From: Eubacteriales bacterium
GTDB lineage: Bacteria; Bacillota; Desulfotomaculia; Desulfotomaculales; Nap2-2B
DNA length: 64,000 bases
Direction: 5' to 3'
NCBI GenBank assembly: GCA_041653135.1
Contig: JBAZGB010000002.1
Coordinates: 24,838 to 88,837 of the forward strand
The position numbers and the translations under genes were made by a program. Positions 26,631 through 36,203 of this stretch are shown one piece after another. Within the stretch, counting starts at the first letter, position 1, and the number at the start of each line of letters is the position of its first letter. Under the pieces are notes generated by a model. It ran no database searches, was not told where the DNA came from, and saw only the letters and a list, made by a program, of their open reading frames with translations.

Positions 26631-26743
26631 GGTCGAAACCTCCTTCTTTTCACCGAAAGAAAATCAATCTTCTTACATAAGTATTCTTGATAAGTAATAA
26701 AATTCCTTTTATTACTTATCAAATATTTAATCCTTAATTCTGA

Positions 26744-27526
26744 TTATTCATTATTTGCAATTCTGACTATGCTCCCGGATTGACCGGTTGATGCGTCTAT
26801 CTCAATTATCACGGCGTTGAACTGGTATGGTCCGGGGGCCACCTCGAACCGCCTGGGAAGCTGGGTGAGGAACTTCTCAATAACTATATCTGCTTTCACA
26901 CCGATTACTGAATCAGAAGGACCTGTCATACCGACATCGCTGATATATGCCGTCCCGCCCGGAAGTATTTTTTCATCGGCTGTCTGAACATGGGTATGCG
27001 TTCCGCAAACCGCCGAAACACGCCCGTCCAGATAAAGCCCGAAAGCTATTTTCTCCGAGGTAGCCTCTGCGTGGAAATCGACAACCAGCGCTTTTACCTT
27101 ATCCTTGAGCCTTGCTAAAAGCTCGTCAGCTTTGTGAAACGGGCAGTCCAGATTGCCGGGCATAAATACCCGTCCGGACAGGTTCATAACCCCTATAGAT
27201 TCACCTTGTTTGTTCTTGAATATATTTATACCGTTTCCCGGAGCGCCGGCTGGAAAATTGGCCGGCCTTACGACCCTGTCTTCCTTGTTGATAAAACTAA
27301 AAATTTCTTTTTGGTCCCAAACATGATTACCCATGGTTAGAACATCAATTCCGCAGGCAAAAAGCTCATTAGCCACTTCATGGGTCAACCCGTTGCCGCC
27401 GGCGGCATTTTCACCGTTGGCAATTATAAAATCTATTTCAAACTGTTTGATCAGTCCCGGGATGTTTTCCTTTACCGCCCTCCTGCCTGCCCTGCCGACA
27501 ACGTCCCCGATTAGTAAGACATGCAA
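26744..27526 (-). CDS. ymdB: YmdB-family metallophosphoesterase (2',3'-cyclic-nucleotide 2'-phosphodiesterase)
   Basis: MHVLLIGDVVGRAGR...IANGENAAGGNG...DVLTMGNHVWD...VVDFHAEATSEK...GTHTHVQTADE, in the conserved position between rny and spoVS. TTG start with RBS gggagg. Confidence 0.9.
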   Translation of the reverse strand: MHVLLIGDVVGRAGRRAVKENIPGLIKQFEIDFIIANGENAAGGNGLTHEVANELFACGIDVLTMGNHVWDQKEIFSFINKEDRVVRPANFPAGAPGNGINIFKNKQGESIGVMNLSGRVFMPGNLDCPFHKADELLARLKDKVKALVVDFHAEATSEKIAFGLYLDGRVSAVCGTHTHVQTADEKILPGGTAYISDVGMTGPSDSVIGVKADIVIEKFLTQLPRRFEVAPGPYQFNAVIIEIDASTGQSGSIVRIANNE

Positions 27527-27541
27527 CCAATTTTCCTCCCG

Positions 27542-28069
27542 CTACTTATTAAATACAAGAACGCGGTCTTCCTCCCGGAAGGCAAATAAACTTTTCTCGC
27601 TATTGGAACCCTTCATGCTTTCAAGCATATATTCGATAATTTCCTCTTGAAAAAACTGGTCGTCATCAAGGTTTGAATCGGCATTTTCCGTAACCAGATT
27701 TTCACCAAGCAGCATGCGCGCCAACTTTACTATTAAAGCAATCTCTTCATGCGCCAGTGTATCCAGATCACGCTGGACTTCTATTATATTCAACTGGTCG
27801 CAATCAAGGCGATTTATTTCAACTACATTTGTTTTTCTTCCCTCAAGATGGTTAAAAACTTCCAGGCTATCCACCGCCTGTTTCTTTATCCGGTCAAAAT
27901 ATTCGGGTTCAAGGACTGTTGAGGAAATAAAGGAAAACTTTAAATAATGCCCGACAGGATCAAAATTTATAGTGGCTATTTCTGGATAACGTACAAGAAT
28001 AGAAATTAAAAGACCGTCGTTCCAATTTACATTTTCTTTACCGCCTGGCCGGACAGTCAACAAAAGCAA
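27542..28069 (-). CDS. Hypothetical acidic protein inserted between rny and ymdB
   Basis: 175-aa ORF with a TTG start and no recognisable motifs. Its TAG stop lies 15 nt upstream of, and in frame with, the ymdB start. Confidence 0.55.
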   Translation of the reverse strand: MLLLTVRPGGKENVNWNDGLLISILVRYPEIATINFDPVGHYLKFSFISSTVLEPEYFDRIKKQAVDSLEVFNHLEGRKTNVVEINRLDCDQLNIIEVQRDLDTLAHEEIALIVKLARMLLGENLVTENADSNLDDDQFFQEEIIEYMLESMKGSNSEKSLFAFREEDRVLVFNK

Positions 28070-28209
28070 TCACCCTCTCCCTTGCAAAACTGCTACTCGG
28101 AACTTTTTATCTGGGACATTTGATCATGTTCTGCCTTCGTGCAATAAATCCTGCTAAAAAAACACCTTTGACAAAAGAAAAATTTATCTAATAAATCCAT
28201 CAAAAAGAA

Positions 28210-28241
28210 AAAAATTAAAAACGGTCCTTTTTTTAGGACCG
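28210..28241 (-). terminator. Rho-independent terminator downstream of rny
   Basis: On the minus strand: CGGTCCT-aaaaa-AGGACCG followed by TTTTTAATTTTTTT. Confidence 0.7.
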
Positions 28242-28248
28242 CCATTTA

Positions 28249-29790
28249 CTACTTTGCGTATTCCACAACCCTTATTTCCCGTAAGATAGTCACTTTAATC
28301 TGTCCAGGATATTCCACTTCGTTCTCTATCTTTTTAGCGATCCCGCGAGCCAGGTGTACTGAGCCAAGGTCGTCCACCTTTTCCGGTTTAACCATAATCC
28401 GGATTTCCCTTCCTGCCTGGATAGCATAAGACTTATCAACTCCATCAAAGGAGTTGGCAATTTCCTCAAGTTTCTGAAGCCTCTTTAAATAGGCTTCAAG
28501 GGTTTCCCTCCTCGCTCCCGGCCTGGCGGCTGAAATTGCGTCCGCAGCCTGGATAAGCACCGCTATGATCGTCTTTGCTTCCTCGTCACCGTGATGGGCT
28601 GCAATGGCATGAACTATCTCGGGGTGCTCCTGGTACCTTTTGGCCAGATCCACGCCGATTGTAACATGAGGGCCTTCCACCATATGATCCATTGCCTTGC
28701 CTATATCGTGCAAAAGGCCTGCCCGTTTGGTCAGATGTATATCCACCCCGAGCTCGGCAGCCATCAAACCGCCCAGGTGAGCGACTTCAACAGAGTGTTT
28801 GAGAACATTTTGGCCGTAGCTGGTCCTGTATTTCAGTCTTCCGAGCAGGCTGACCATTTCCGGGTGCAGACCGTGCACCCCGGTTTGGAAAGAGGCCTGT
28901 TCGCCGGCTTCCCGGACCTGAACCTCAATCTCTTTTTGAGCCCTGTCCACCATCTCTTCAATCCTGGCAGGATGGATGCGGCCGTCCACGATTAATTTCT
29001 CCAGGGCAATCCTGGCCGCTTCCCTGCGGACGGGATCAAACCCGGACAGGATGACAGCCTCCGGAGTATCGTCAATAATTAACTCAACACCCGTGAGTGT
29101 TTCAAAAGCTCTGATATTGCGTCCTTCCCGGCCGATGATCCGCCCTTTCATCTCGTCGTTCGGCAGCGGTATTACGGCAACTGTTGTTTCGGCGGAATGA
29201 TCAACGGCACAGCGCTGAATAGCCAGTGAAATAATATCCCGGGCCCTTTTATCAGATTCCTCTTTGATTCTGTTTTCCATGTCGCGGATCATGACTACTT
29301 CTTCGTGCTGAATCTCTTTTTCCAGGTTGGAGAGCAGCAATTGCCTTGCCTCTTCGGAGGTCATCCCGGAAACTCTTTCCAACTCGGCCATCTTCCGGTT
29401 TTGCATCTCTTTCAACCTGTTTTTGATGTCCTCAATTTCCTGTTCCTTGCGGTTTAAACCTTCTTCCTTGCGCTCGATCCCCTCGACTTTTCGATCCAGG
29501 GTTTCTTCTTTTTGAACCAGCCTTCTTTCCAGGCGCTGAAGTTCGGAACGCCGCTCCTTGTTCTCCTTTTCGATTTCGTTGCGAAGCTTTAAGACCTCTT
29601 CCTTGGCCTCCAAAACAGATTCCCGCCTGGTGGCTTCAGCAAACAATACAGCTTCTTCTTTTATTTTTTTTGCTTCTGTTTCGGCAGAAGCAATTTTAGC
29701 CTCTGCAAGGTATTTTCTGATCAGGTATCCAATTGCAAAAGCAACTACTACAACAACAGCGACCAATACCCCTATTATCTGGGGTTCCAA
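28249..29790 (-). CDS. rny: Ribonuclease Y
   Basis: N-terminal TM, coiled coil, KH domain ([15 protein letters not shown]) and HD domain (LLHDIGKA), with C-terminus ...[10 protein letters not shown] as in Bacillus Rny. I place the start at TTG 29790 (RBS gggaggtga). The track start 29901 adds non-homologous residues. Confidence 0.93.
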   Translation of the reverse strand: MEPQIIGVLVAVVVVVAFAIGYLIRKYLAEAKIASAETEAKKIKEEAVLFAEATRRESVLEAKEEVLKLRNEIEKENKERRSELQRLERRLVQKEETLDRKVEGIERKEEGLNRKEQEIEDIKNRLKEMQNRKMAELERVSGMTSEEARQLLLSNLEKEIQHEEVVMIRDMENRIKEESDKRARDIISLAIQRCAVDHSAETTVAVIPLPNDEMKGRIIGREGRNIRAFETLTGVELIIDDTPEAVILSGFDPVRREAARIALEKLIVDGRIHPARIEEMVDRAQKEIEVQVREAGEQASFQTGVHGLHPEMVSLLGRLKYRTSYGQNVLKHSVEVAHLGGLMAAELGVDIHLTKRAGLLHDIGKAMDHMVEGPHVTIGVDLAKRYQEHPEIVHAIAAHHGDEEAKTIIAVLIQAADAISAARPGARRETLEAYLKRLQKLEEIANSFDGVDKSYAIQAGREIRIMVKPEKVDDLGSVHLARGIAKKIENEVEYPGQIKVTILREIRVVEYAK

Positions 29791-29834
29791 GCATCTCACC
29801 TCCCAAATCCTAAAAAACACGTTAAAAACTGCAT

Positions 29835-29860
29835 AAAAAAAACCGAGACAACACTCGGCA
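29835..29860 (-). terminator. Terminator-like hairpin inside the rny 5' leader (candidate attenuator)
   Basis: On the minus strand: GCCGAG-tgttgt-CTCGG followed by TTTTTTTT, ~45-70 nt upstream of the rny start codon and downstream of the predicted promoter. Confidence 0.4.
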
Positions 29861-30070
29861 GAAAAAGAATCAGCTACATAACACTTTCCTTTATTATTCA
29901 AAAACTTACAAATAAAACCTCCAAACAGTAAAAGGGCAACTAAAAAAGATAACTGCCTTACCGACTGGTAAAAATTCCTGCTATGGCTTTATTTTAAAGG
30001 ATAGTAATTACCTATATCTGATCCAAAAGGACTTTAATATCTATACCGATTCTATTTTCTCCCAGAGTAG

Positions 30071-30099
30071 ATTGTACTAGTTTTGCTGTTATCTGTCAA
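30071..30099 (-). promoter_or_regulatory. Putative sigmaA promoter of rny
   Basis: On the minus strand: TTGACA (30099-30094), a 17-nt spacer, TACAAT (30076-30071). It starts 13 nt after the recA stop and implies a ~270-nt leader. Confidence 0.5.
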
Positions 30100-30111
30100 G
30101 AAAAACTAAAG

Positions 30112-31134
30112 CTACTCCTCAGGCGCAGCCGGGGCTGACCTGCTTTCGCCTAAATTAAAAGTCTGGCGTAATTTCTTTTCAATTTCTAAGGCTAATTCCG
30201 GGTGTTCCTTAAGAAAGTCCTTTGCGTTCTCCCGTCCCTGTCCGAGGCGTTCTTCCCCGTATGAATACCATGCCCCGCTTTTGCTGATTATGTTGAGTTC
30301 AGCCGCCATATCCACAATGATGCCTTCCCGGGATATTCCGTGCCCGTACATGATGTCAAATTCGGCCTGCTTGAAAGGAGGGGCAATTTTATTCTTAACT
30401 ACTTTAACCCTCGTGCGGTTGCCGATCATGTCGGCGCCCTGCTTCAAGGTTTCTATTTTACGGACATCAAGCCGGACTGAAGCATAAAATTTCAGCGCCC
30501 TGCCGCCGGGTGTCACTTCGGGGTTGCCGAAAGTAACGCCCACTTTTTCCCTGAGCTGGTTGATAAAAACAGCCGTCGAGCGGGACTTACTGATCACTCC
30601 GGTCAGCTTCCGCAAGGCCTGGGACATAAGCCTGGCCTGCAGGCCCACAAAAGGATCGCCCATCTCGCCTTCAATTTCCGCTCGTGGTACAAGAGCCGCC
30701 ACCGAATCAACCACGACCACATCGATGGCCCCGCTGCGGACCAGCGCTTCACAGATCTCCAGCGCCTGCTCTCCCGTGTCGGGCTGAGACAGATAGAGAT
30801 TGTCTATATCTACACCCAAATTTTTTGCATAATAGGGATCCATGGCATGTTCGGCGTCTATAAAAGCGGCGATACCCCCCGCTTTTTGTGCCTGAGCGAT
30901 GATATGCAGGGCCACGGTGGTCTTTCCGGAAGATTCAGGGCCGAAAATTTCCACCACACGCCCGCGGGGCACCCCTCCTATACCAAGGGCAACATCAAGC
31001 GACAGGGCGCCCGTTGAAATAACCTCCACGTCGAATTTCCCCGCCACATCCCCCAGTTTCATGATTGAGCCCTTGCCAAACTGGCGTTCAATCTGCACCA
31101 GGGCTCCTTCCAGGGCTTTGTATTTATCGGTCAA
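30112..31134 (-). CDS. recA: Recombinase RecA
   Basis: 340 aa: [29 protein letters not shown]..., Walker [10 protein letters not shown], and FIDAEHA. Confidence 0.97.
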   Translation of the reverse strand: MTDKYKALEGALVQIERQFGKGSIMKLGDVAGKFDVEVISTGALSLDVALGIGGVPRGRVVEIFGPESSGKTTVALHIIAQAQKAGGIAAFIDAEHAMDPYYAKNLGVDIDNLYLSQPDTGEQALEICEALVRSGAIDVVVVDSVAALVPRAEIEGEMGDPFVGLQARLMSQALRKLTGVISKSRSTAVFINQLREKVGVTFGNPEVTPGGRALKFYASVRLDVRKIETLKQGADMIGNRTRVKVVKNKIAPPFKQAEFDIMYGHGISREGIIVDMAAELNIISKSGAWYSYGEERLGQGRENAKDFLKEHPELALEIEKKLRQTFNLGESRSAPAAPEE

Positions 31135-31150
31135 AACATATCTCCTCCTT

Positions 31151-31184
31151 GTATATATCGGATCAACGTATATATCGGATCAAC
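31151..31184. repeat. Perfect 17-bp tandem duplication between cinA and recA
   Basis: GTATATATCGGATCAAC occurs at 31151-31167 and again at 31168-31184 (plus strand). The second copy covers the cinA stop codon (31180-31182). The repeat ends immediately beside the recA RBS (aaggagg). Confidence 0.9.
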
Positions 31185-32415
31185 CGCCTAAATGAAGTTT
31201 GACTAAGTTCAGGGCGGCGTTTGACGCTCCCCACCTGACGCTCGTCCGGTTTCCCGGGAAACGGAACTGGTGGCAGGCAGTCCCGCAATCGACCGCCAGG
31301 GCGATAAAAACCAGCCCTACAGGTTTATCCTGCGTCCCCCCGCCGGGTCCGGCGATACCCGTAACTCCTACAGCCAAAGAACTTCCGGTTGAATCCCGTA
31401 CTCCCTGGGCCATAACCACAGCGGTTTCCCGGCTCACCGCGCCGTGTTGTTCAAGAGTCTTTTTGGGCACACCCAAAAGCCTTTCCTTGACCATATTGTC
31501 ATAAGCCACTACGCTTCCTAAAAAATATCCTGAACTTCCCGGAACGTCGGTCAGTCTTTTGGCAATCAGTCCGCCGGTGCAGGACTCCGCCGTAGATACC
31601 GAAAGGCCTTTGCCAAGCAGTAAAGCGCCAACCGTTTCCTCAATGATTTCTTCATCCTCGCCAAAAATAAAACCGGCCATTCTTTCCTTTACCCGCGCCG
31701 TAAGTGTAAAAACCATCTCTTCCGCGGCCTGCGGGCTTTCCGACCTCGCGGTCACCCGCACATGGACTTCACCCGGTTTGGCCAGGTAAGCCAGCCCGGG
31801 GTTGCCCTGCCCGCCCAGATCAGCCAGTTTTTGCTGCACTATGGCCTCGGCAATGCCTGTTACCTTGATAATCTTGCTGCGTACCAGCATCCCCCGGATG
31901 TCCAGAGCTGCAAGAAAGGGCTCCACCGATTCCTCGAACATCGCTTTGAGCTCGCCCGGAGGTCCCGGAAGCAGGAATATGTAATGCCTGTCCTTTTCGA
32001 TGAAAACACCGGGAGCGCTGCCGCGCGGATTCGGCAGTATCCTGGACCCCGACGGGAAAAAGGACTGCTTGTCCATAACTTCAGGCAGCTTGAGGCTTCT
32101 GCTGCGGTAAAGATTTTTTAACCAGGAGGCAGTAGCTTGATCCTGTACCATAGGCAGTCCCAAGACTCCTGCCGCAGTTTCCTTGGTCAGATCGTCCGTT
32201 GTTGAACCAAGTCCGCCGGTCACAATAACCAGTTCCGAACGCGATACAGCCTGGGCGAGTGAATCGGCCAGACGGTCCCAGTGGTCCCCCACGATGGTAT
32301 GCAGGGTTGCGTCTATGCCCAAGGCAGCCAGCCGCCGCCCAAGATACTGGGCATGTGTATTTAATACTTCGCCGCGCAGCAGTTCCGTTCCGGTGAAAAT
32401 CAGTTCAGCCTGCAT
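31180..32415 (-). CDS. cinA: Competence/damage-inducible protein CinA (MoCF-binding domain plus nicotinamide-nucleotide amidase domain)
   Basis: 411 aa: MQAELIFTGTELLRGEVLNTHAQYLG...TGGLGSTTDDLT...ESCTGG. Conserved cinA-recA arrangement. Confidence 0.9.
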   Translation of the reverse strand: MQAELIFTGTELLRGEVLNTHAQYLGRRLAALGIDATLHTIVGDHWDRLADSLAQAVSRSELVIVTGGLGSTTDDLTKETAAGVLGLPMVQDQATASWLKNLYRSRSLKLPEVMDKQSFFPSGSRILPNPRGSAPGVFIEKDRHYIFLLPGPPGELKAMFEESVEPFLAALDIRGMLVRSKIIKVTGIAEAIVQQKLADLGGQGNPGLAYLAKPGEVHVRVTARSESPQAAEEMVFTLTARVKERMAGFIFGEDEEIIEETVGALLLGKGLSVSTAESCTGGLIAKRLTDVPGSSGYFLGSVVAYDNMVKERLLGVPKKTLEQHGAVSRETAVVMAQGVRDSTGSSLAVGVTGIAGPGGGTQDKPVGLVFIALAVDCGTACHQFRFPGNRTSVRWGASNAALNLVKLHLGG

Positions 32416-32451
32416 TTTAATCTTTTTCCTTAAATGGTAATTCTTTCACTT

Positions 32452-32481
32452 ATTTTAAAACAAGAGTATAAAATATGTCAA
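32452..32481 (-). promoter_or_regulatory. Putative sigmaA promoter of cinA-recA
   Basis: On the minus strand: TTGACA (32481-32476), an 18-nt spacer, TAAAAT (32457-32452). I saw no GAAC-N4-GTTC LexA box here or in front of recA. Confidence 0.45.
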
Positions 32482-32543
32482 TAACTATAATTTTTTTAAG
32501 TACGGGCCGGACCGGGGAAAAACAGTGTGGAAGAGGCAAAAAA

Positions 32544-34043
32544 TCAACAGTACATTCTCTGCCCGGGTGCGGATACTCCCGAAAGGATCTCGCGAAGCTT
32601 GTCGCCGCTGATCCTCTCCTGATCCAGGAGCACTTCAGCTATACGGTACAAAGCAGCCCGCAGGCTGATCAGGTAGTTTCTTACACGCGCCTCCTGGGCG
32701 CCGAGGATTTCTGAAAGAACGCGGTAATGAAGCCCGCCGGGCAGATGTTCGGAGCTGACTACGCCCAGCCTGGACATGCCGCTGTCAACTATCTTCTCAG
32801 CCAGGCGCATGGCCTGCTGATAATCATTGACTGCGCCGGTGCTCTTGTTGCCCAGGACCTGTTCCTCGGCTACCGCCCCGGCCAGCATAATCGCGATCTG
32901 GTCCTCCAGGTAATTCCTGGTAAACATATAGGTATCGTCCTCTGGGCTCTGGCGCATATAACCCAGGGCCTGGCCGCGCGGCGCCACAGTCAGCGCTGAA
33001 ACCGAACCAGGTTTGACCATCTCGCTCATCAGGGCATGGCCGGTTTCGTGAATGGCCACCCTCTCCAGTTCAGCCCTTATCGGCCGGCGTTCGAGACGGT
33101 CTCCGAGCAGCACCTTATCGACAGCTTCCTGAAAGTGATTCTGTTCGATTATTTTGGAACTGCCCCTCATGGCCAGGATAGCCGCCTCATTGGCCAGACT
33201 CTCCAGGTGTGCGCCGCTGAAGCCGAAAGTATCCCGGGCGAGCGCTTCCAATGAAACGTTTTCCGCAAGCGATTTGTTGCGCGTGTGCAGTTTGAGTATT
33301 TCCAGCCTTCCCTCCTTGTCCGGAAGGTCAACCCTCACCTGCCGGTCAAACCTTCCCGGCCGCAGCAGGGCCGGGTCGAGCATGTCTATCCGGTTGGTCG
33401 CGGCCATGACAAGCAGCCGTACATTTTCTTCAACCCTTAAGCCATCCATCTCAACCAGAAGCTGATTCAGGGTCTGGTCGTATTCAAGGTGGCTGGTGGT
33501 GCGGCCCCGCAGGCCGCCGAGTATCTCTATCTCGTCAATAAAAATAAGCGCGTTGCTTTTTCCCTGCTTCAAGGCCTTTTCCCTGGCCGATTGAAAAAGA
33601 CGGCGCACTCTCTGGGCGCCCACACCGGCATACATTTCTATAAATTCACTGCCGCTTGCCGCGACAAAGACGGCATCCGTATAGCCCGCCGCTGCCTTGG
33701 CAAGCATCGTTTTCCCTGTTCCCGGCGGTCCGGTGAGCAGGACCCCTTTTAACGGGCGGATACCCAGTTCTTGAATTGCGTTTATATTCCTGATAAAATC
33801 CAGAGCCTCGCTGAGTTCCTGGATGGCAGTGGCCTGTCCGCCCACATCTCCGAATGAAACCTGCTGATTTGCAGACACCTGGTGCTCGCTGAAATTTCTG
33901 TTCAGCAGGCCCCGCGAAACAGCAAAATAATATGCGCCGGCGCCGGCGGCAACCAAAAAAACTAGCGGTATCACGTCATACCCGGTAATAACCAGGAAAA
34001 TCAGGACAGCCAAAAACACACCGAGACAGATCTCTTTAAGCAT
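32544..34043 (-). CDS. FtsH-like AAA+ zinc metalloprotease, short form (two N-terminal TM helices, no large extracytoplasmic domain)
   Basis: Walker A GPPGTGKT, Walker B IIFIDEID-type (LIFIDEIE), the SRH region, and the HEXXH zinc site (AIHETGHAL). Confidence 0.85.
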   Translation of the reverse strand: MLKEICLGVFLAVLIFLVITGYDVIPLVFLVAAGAGAYYFAVSRGLLNRNFSEHQVSANQQVSFGDVGGQATAIQELSEALDFIRNINAIQELGIRPLKGVLLTGPPGTGKTMLAKAAAGYTDAVFVAASGSEFIEMYAGVGAQRVRRLFQSAREKALKQGKSNALIFIDEIEILGGLRGRTTSHLEYDQTLNQLLVEMDGLRVEENVRLLVMAATNRIDMLDPALLRPGRFDRQVRVDLPDKEGRLEILKLHTRNKSLAENVSLEALARDTFGFSGAHLESLANEAAILAMRGSSKIIEQNHFQEAVDKVLLGDRLERRPIRAELERVAIHETGHALMSEMVKPGSVSALTVAPRGQALGYMRQSPEDDTYMFTRNYLEDQIAIMLAGAVAEEQVLGNKSTGAVNDYQQAMRLAEKIVDSGMSRLGVVSSEHLPGGLHYRVLSEILGAQEARVRNYLISLRAALYRIAEVLLDQERISGDKLREILSGVSAPGQRMYC

Positions 34044-34718
34044 GAAAGGAACCTTCCTTTCCGGCGATATAACTCATATGGCATTCTAGATTATAACATA
34101 TACAGCGAAAGGTTTGCTCAGGAAATTAAAGCAAGGGGTGTTTAAAATTGTCACATGTGAATCAGCCGGTGATTAAAATTGAGTTTTTTCTGTGGTTATC
34201 TGACCCGTTCGGGTGCATTTTCAAGTTTTGATGATCAGTTCCACATTATGGTCTTAATCCTGCAATGACCTGTTGGCTATTTTAAATCTTTATTGCAGCT
34301 ATACCAATCAGGTGTCGTTATCTTTTTACCTGATTTTTTATCAGTTAGGTCTGCTTTAAGGACAAAACACAGGTCCGTCAATTTGCGTACACAATAAATT
34401 TGTACTCGCAATGAGACCACTTGGAGTAGTGATAGCGCAAATCACTCCTTTTATATGTGTATTTTAGTTATGTGCGTTTTTTCTTCCTCTTTTTTATGCT
34501 GGTCTATACCGGTGTCTTCAGGACGTCCCCTTTTTGCCATTTGCTTTTATTTATCTTAAAAAGACGTATTCTGAATGTTCGTGTCAAAATATGCTGATAT
34601 TTATCATATATTGACGGAAAATAATTCCATGTATAAAGAAGGTATATATGTAGAGTAGACCCAGGCATAAAGAACTTAGGCCCTTAATTCCAAAGATCTT
34701 CGCAAACTGGAAAGAAAA

Positions 34719-35648
34719 TTACGCAATAGTGAGCTCTAAACCAGCCAAACTGGGGATGATAAAGAGCGCTCTTGTTTTTAAGCCGGTAGTGATAACAGCC
34801 TTGCCAAGTTTGGTGAGATAGTATTTGTGGGTCTTTGCAACTTTTTTAATGAGGCCATGGAGCAAAAGTCGCTTTAAGATCCTGGAAACGGAAGCCGGGC
34901 TAAGCTCAGGGATGAATTTACGGACCATTTTGTTTTGAAAACCACAGATGTTAAACTCTCCCCTGGCCAGGACTTCGAAGAGTTTCTGGTCAGCATGGCT
35001 GAAGAAGTTGAAGCCTCTGTAACTTCTATCATCTTTCTTGACAGGCTCAGAGATTTTATCAAGTTTCTTCACTCCGTCGCTGGGATCGTCAAATGTGGAG
35101 ATAAATTCAAGATAGCGCCGATTTGAGTCTTTAAGCAACTGGGCCAGGATGTAGAGACTGTAGATGTTCTTTTTCATCGGGGCAACCTTGTTCTCCTTGC
35201 TCCCGTCATGGCTTTGGACTTCTCGATAGTGCCGGAACTGGGAGACGTTGTTGGTGGTCGTTTCAATCCGGAGAACGATCCCGAACTTGTCGTACATCTT
35301 AATTGAGATAGCACCCATCTGGTGCTTGATTCTCGTGCCGAGAATACGTATATTAAAGTTGTTGCCCATTTCACCCTGGTAGTTTCCGTGGAGTTTCTGT
35401 CCCAGAAAGGAGGCGATGTTCTCCGGTTTTACGGAGTGGATGGCTGTACTCACCAGCGTTTCATAAAACGGTCCGAGATCAGCCTGTTTCTTGAAAACAA
35501 TATCGGTCGCGTATTCTACCTGCATGATGCTCCATCTATAGATCAGCCCGTACCTTTGCAGAAACGGGACGTATCGTGAAGCCAGGGGACGAAACATGGG
35601 GACGATCTTTTTGCTTCCGGGACCGAAACATGGGGACGACCGAAACAT
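34719..35648 (-). pseudogene. N-terminally truncated ORF of an unrecognised (probably mobile-element-borne) family with a C-terminal winged-helix-like domain
   Basis: The first ~25 codons of the track ORF merely translate the tandem repeats at 35585-35669. The credible protein starts around ..ASRYVPFLQRYGLIYRWSIMQVEYATDIVF and ends ..VSRILKRLLLHGLIKKVAKTHKYYLTKLG. It is flanked by GGGGACG-core repeats in inverted orientation (35585-35669 versus 34524-34530). Confidence 0.5.
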
Positions 35649-35669
35649 GGGGACGATCTTTTTGCTTCC
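35585..35669 (+). repeat. Tandem repeats with GGGGACG core
   Basis: The 29-bp unit CGAAACATGGGGACGATCTTTTTGCTTCC is perfect at 35590-35618 and 35641-35669. A truncated copy lies at 35624-35639 and an extra GGGGACG at 35585-35591. Confidence 0.85.
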
Positions 35670-35739
35670 TAGCTAGCTTAAATACGGGTAAAATTCTTGT
35701 GTATTTAAGGCTAACTTTTCAGGATATTGTTTGACTTGA

Positions 35740-36000
35740 CCTTGCGATACCTCCGACAGACTGCTTTCAAAAAGCGCCCCCGCTTCCGGCGACACCGTCC
35801 TGTGCTACAACGTCAGAAACCTTCTGGCGAGTAAAACCAGCGACAGGGGCCAGACAACAACCTGCCAGTATCATGCTAATAGCCCTCTTCTTAACTACAT
35901 CATTTCGGGCACAAAAGCGGGATCATTCACCTATGATCCAAACGGCAACTTTCTTAACGCCACCGATAGCACCGTCACAATAGTCAGGTATTATGACTAA
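35740..36000 (+). pseudogene. Fragment of an RHS/YD-repeat protein
   Basis: An open frame without a start reads ...VLCYNVRNLLASKTSDRGQTTTCQYHANSPLLNYIISGTKAGSFTYDPNGNFLNATDSTVTIVRYYD, then TAA. It shows YD-repeat periodicity (YDPNGN). Confidence 0.5.
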
Positions 36001-36203
36001 TCGTCCAATTACAGGGAGTCAGGCCGTAAAAGCTTCGAATTAAGGCCAGTATTATAAGTCTTGACCTATGTTCTTACCATTAGATACCTATATGTAATTT
36101 CTGAGATTTGAAAAGTGGCTATGGACTTAAAAAACATGGGTTTATGCAACACTCTCCTGGCCGTAAAAATAAATAAGGCCTGCTTTATAGCCGGCCCGGT
36201 TTT

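Noticed and set aside
27527-27544. Possible read-through fusion of the 27542 hypothetical ORF to ymdB (TAG, 5 codons, then in-frame TTG start)
   Set aside because: The spacer contains a canonical RBS (gggagg) at the correct distance from the ymdB start, which is the normal arrangement for adjacent genes. Being in frame is a one-in-three coincidence.
29791-29901. N-terminal extensions proposed by the ORF track for rny (and similarly 19618-19782 for the GNAT-like gene, 38096-38131 for rimO, 58979-59038 for ykuS, 23606-23698 for the phosphatase)
   Set aside because: The extra residues have no homology to the respective families. Better RBS-start pairs exist at the positions matching conserved N-termini.
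26370-31134. Global reassignment of TAG to a sense codon
   Set aside because: spoVS and rny terminate with TAG exactly at their family-conserved C-termini and are followed by terminator hairpins. recA and the PBP gene also end in TAG, with only short, meaningless continuations.
35585-35591. GGGGACG repeats as tmRNA (ssrA) 5'-end fragments marking an integration site
   Set aside because: Similarity to the tmRNA 5' end does not extend beyond the heptamer, and no tRNA-like 3' domain is nearby.
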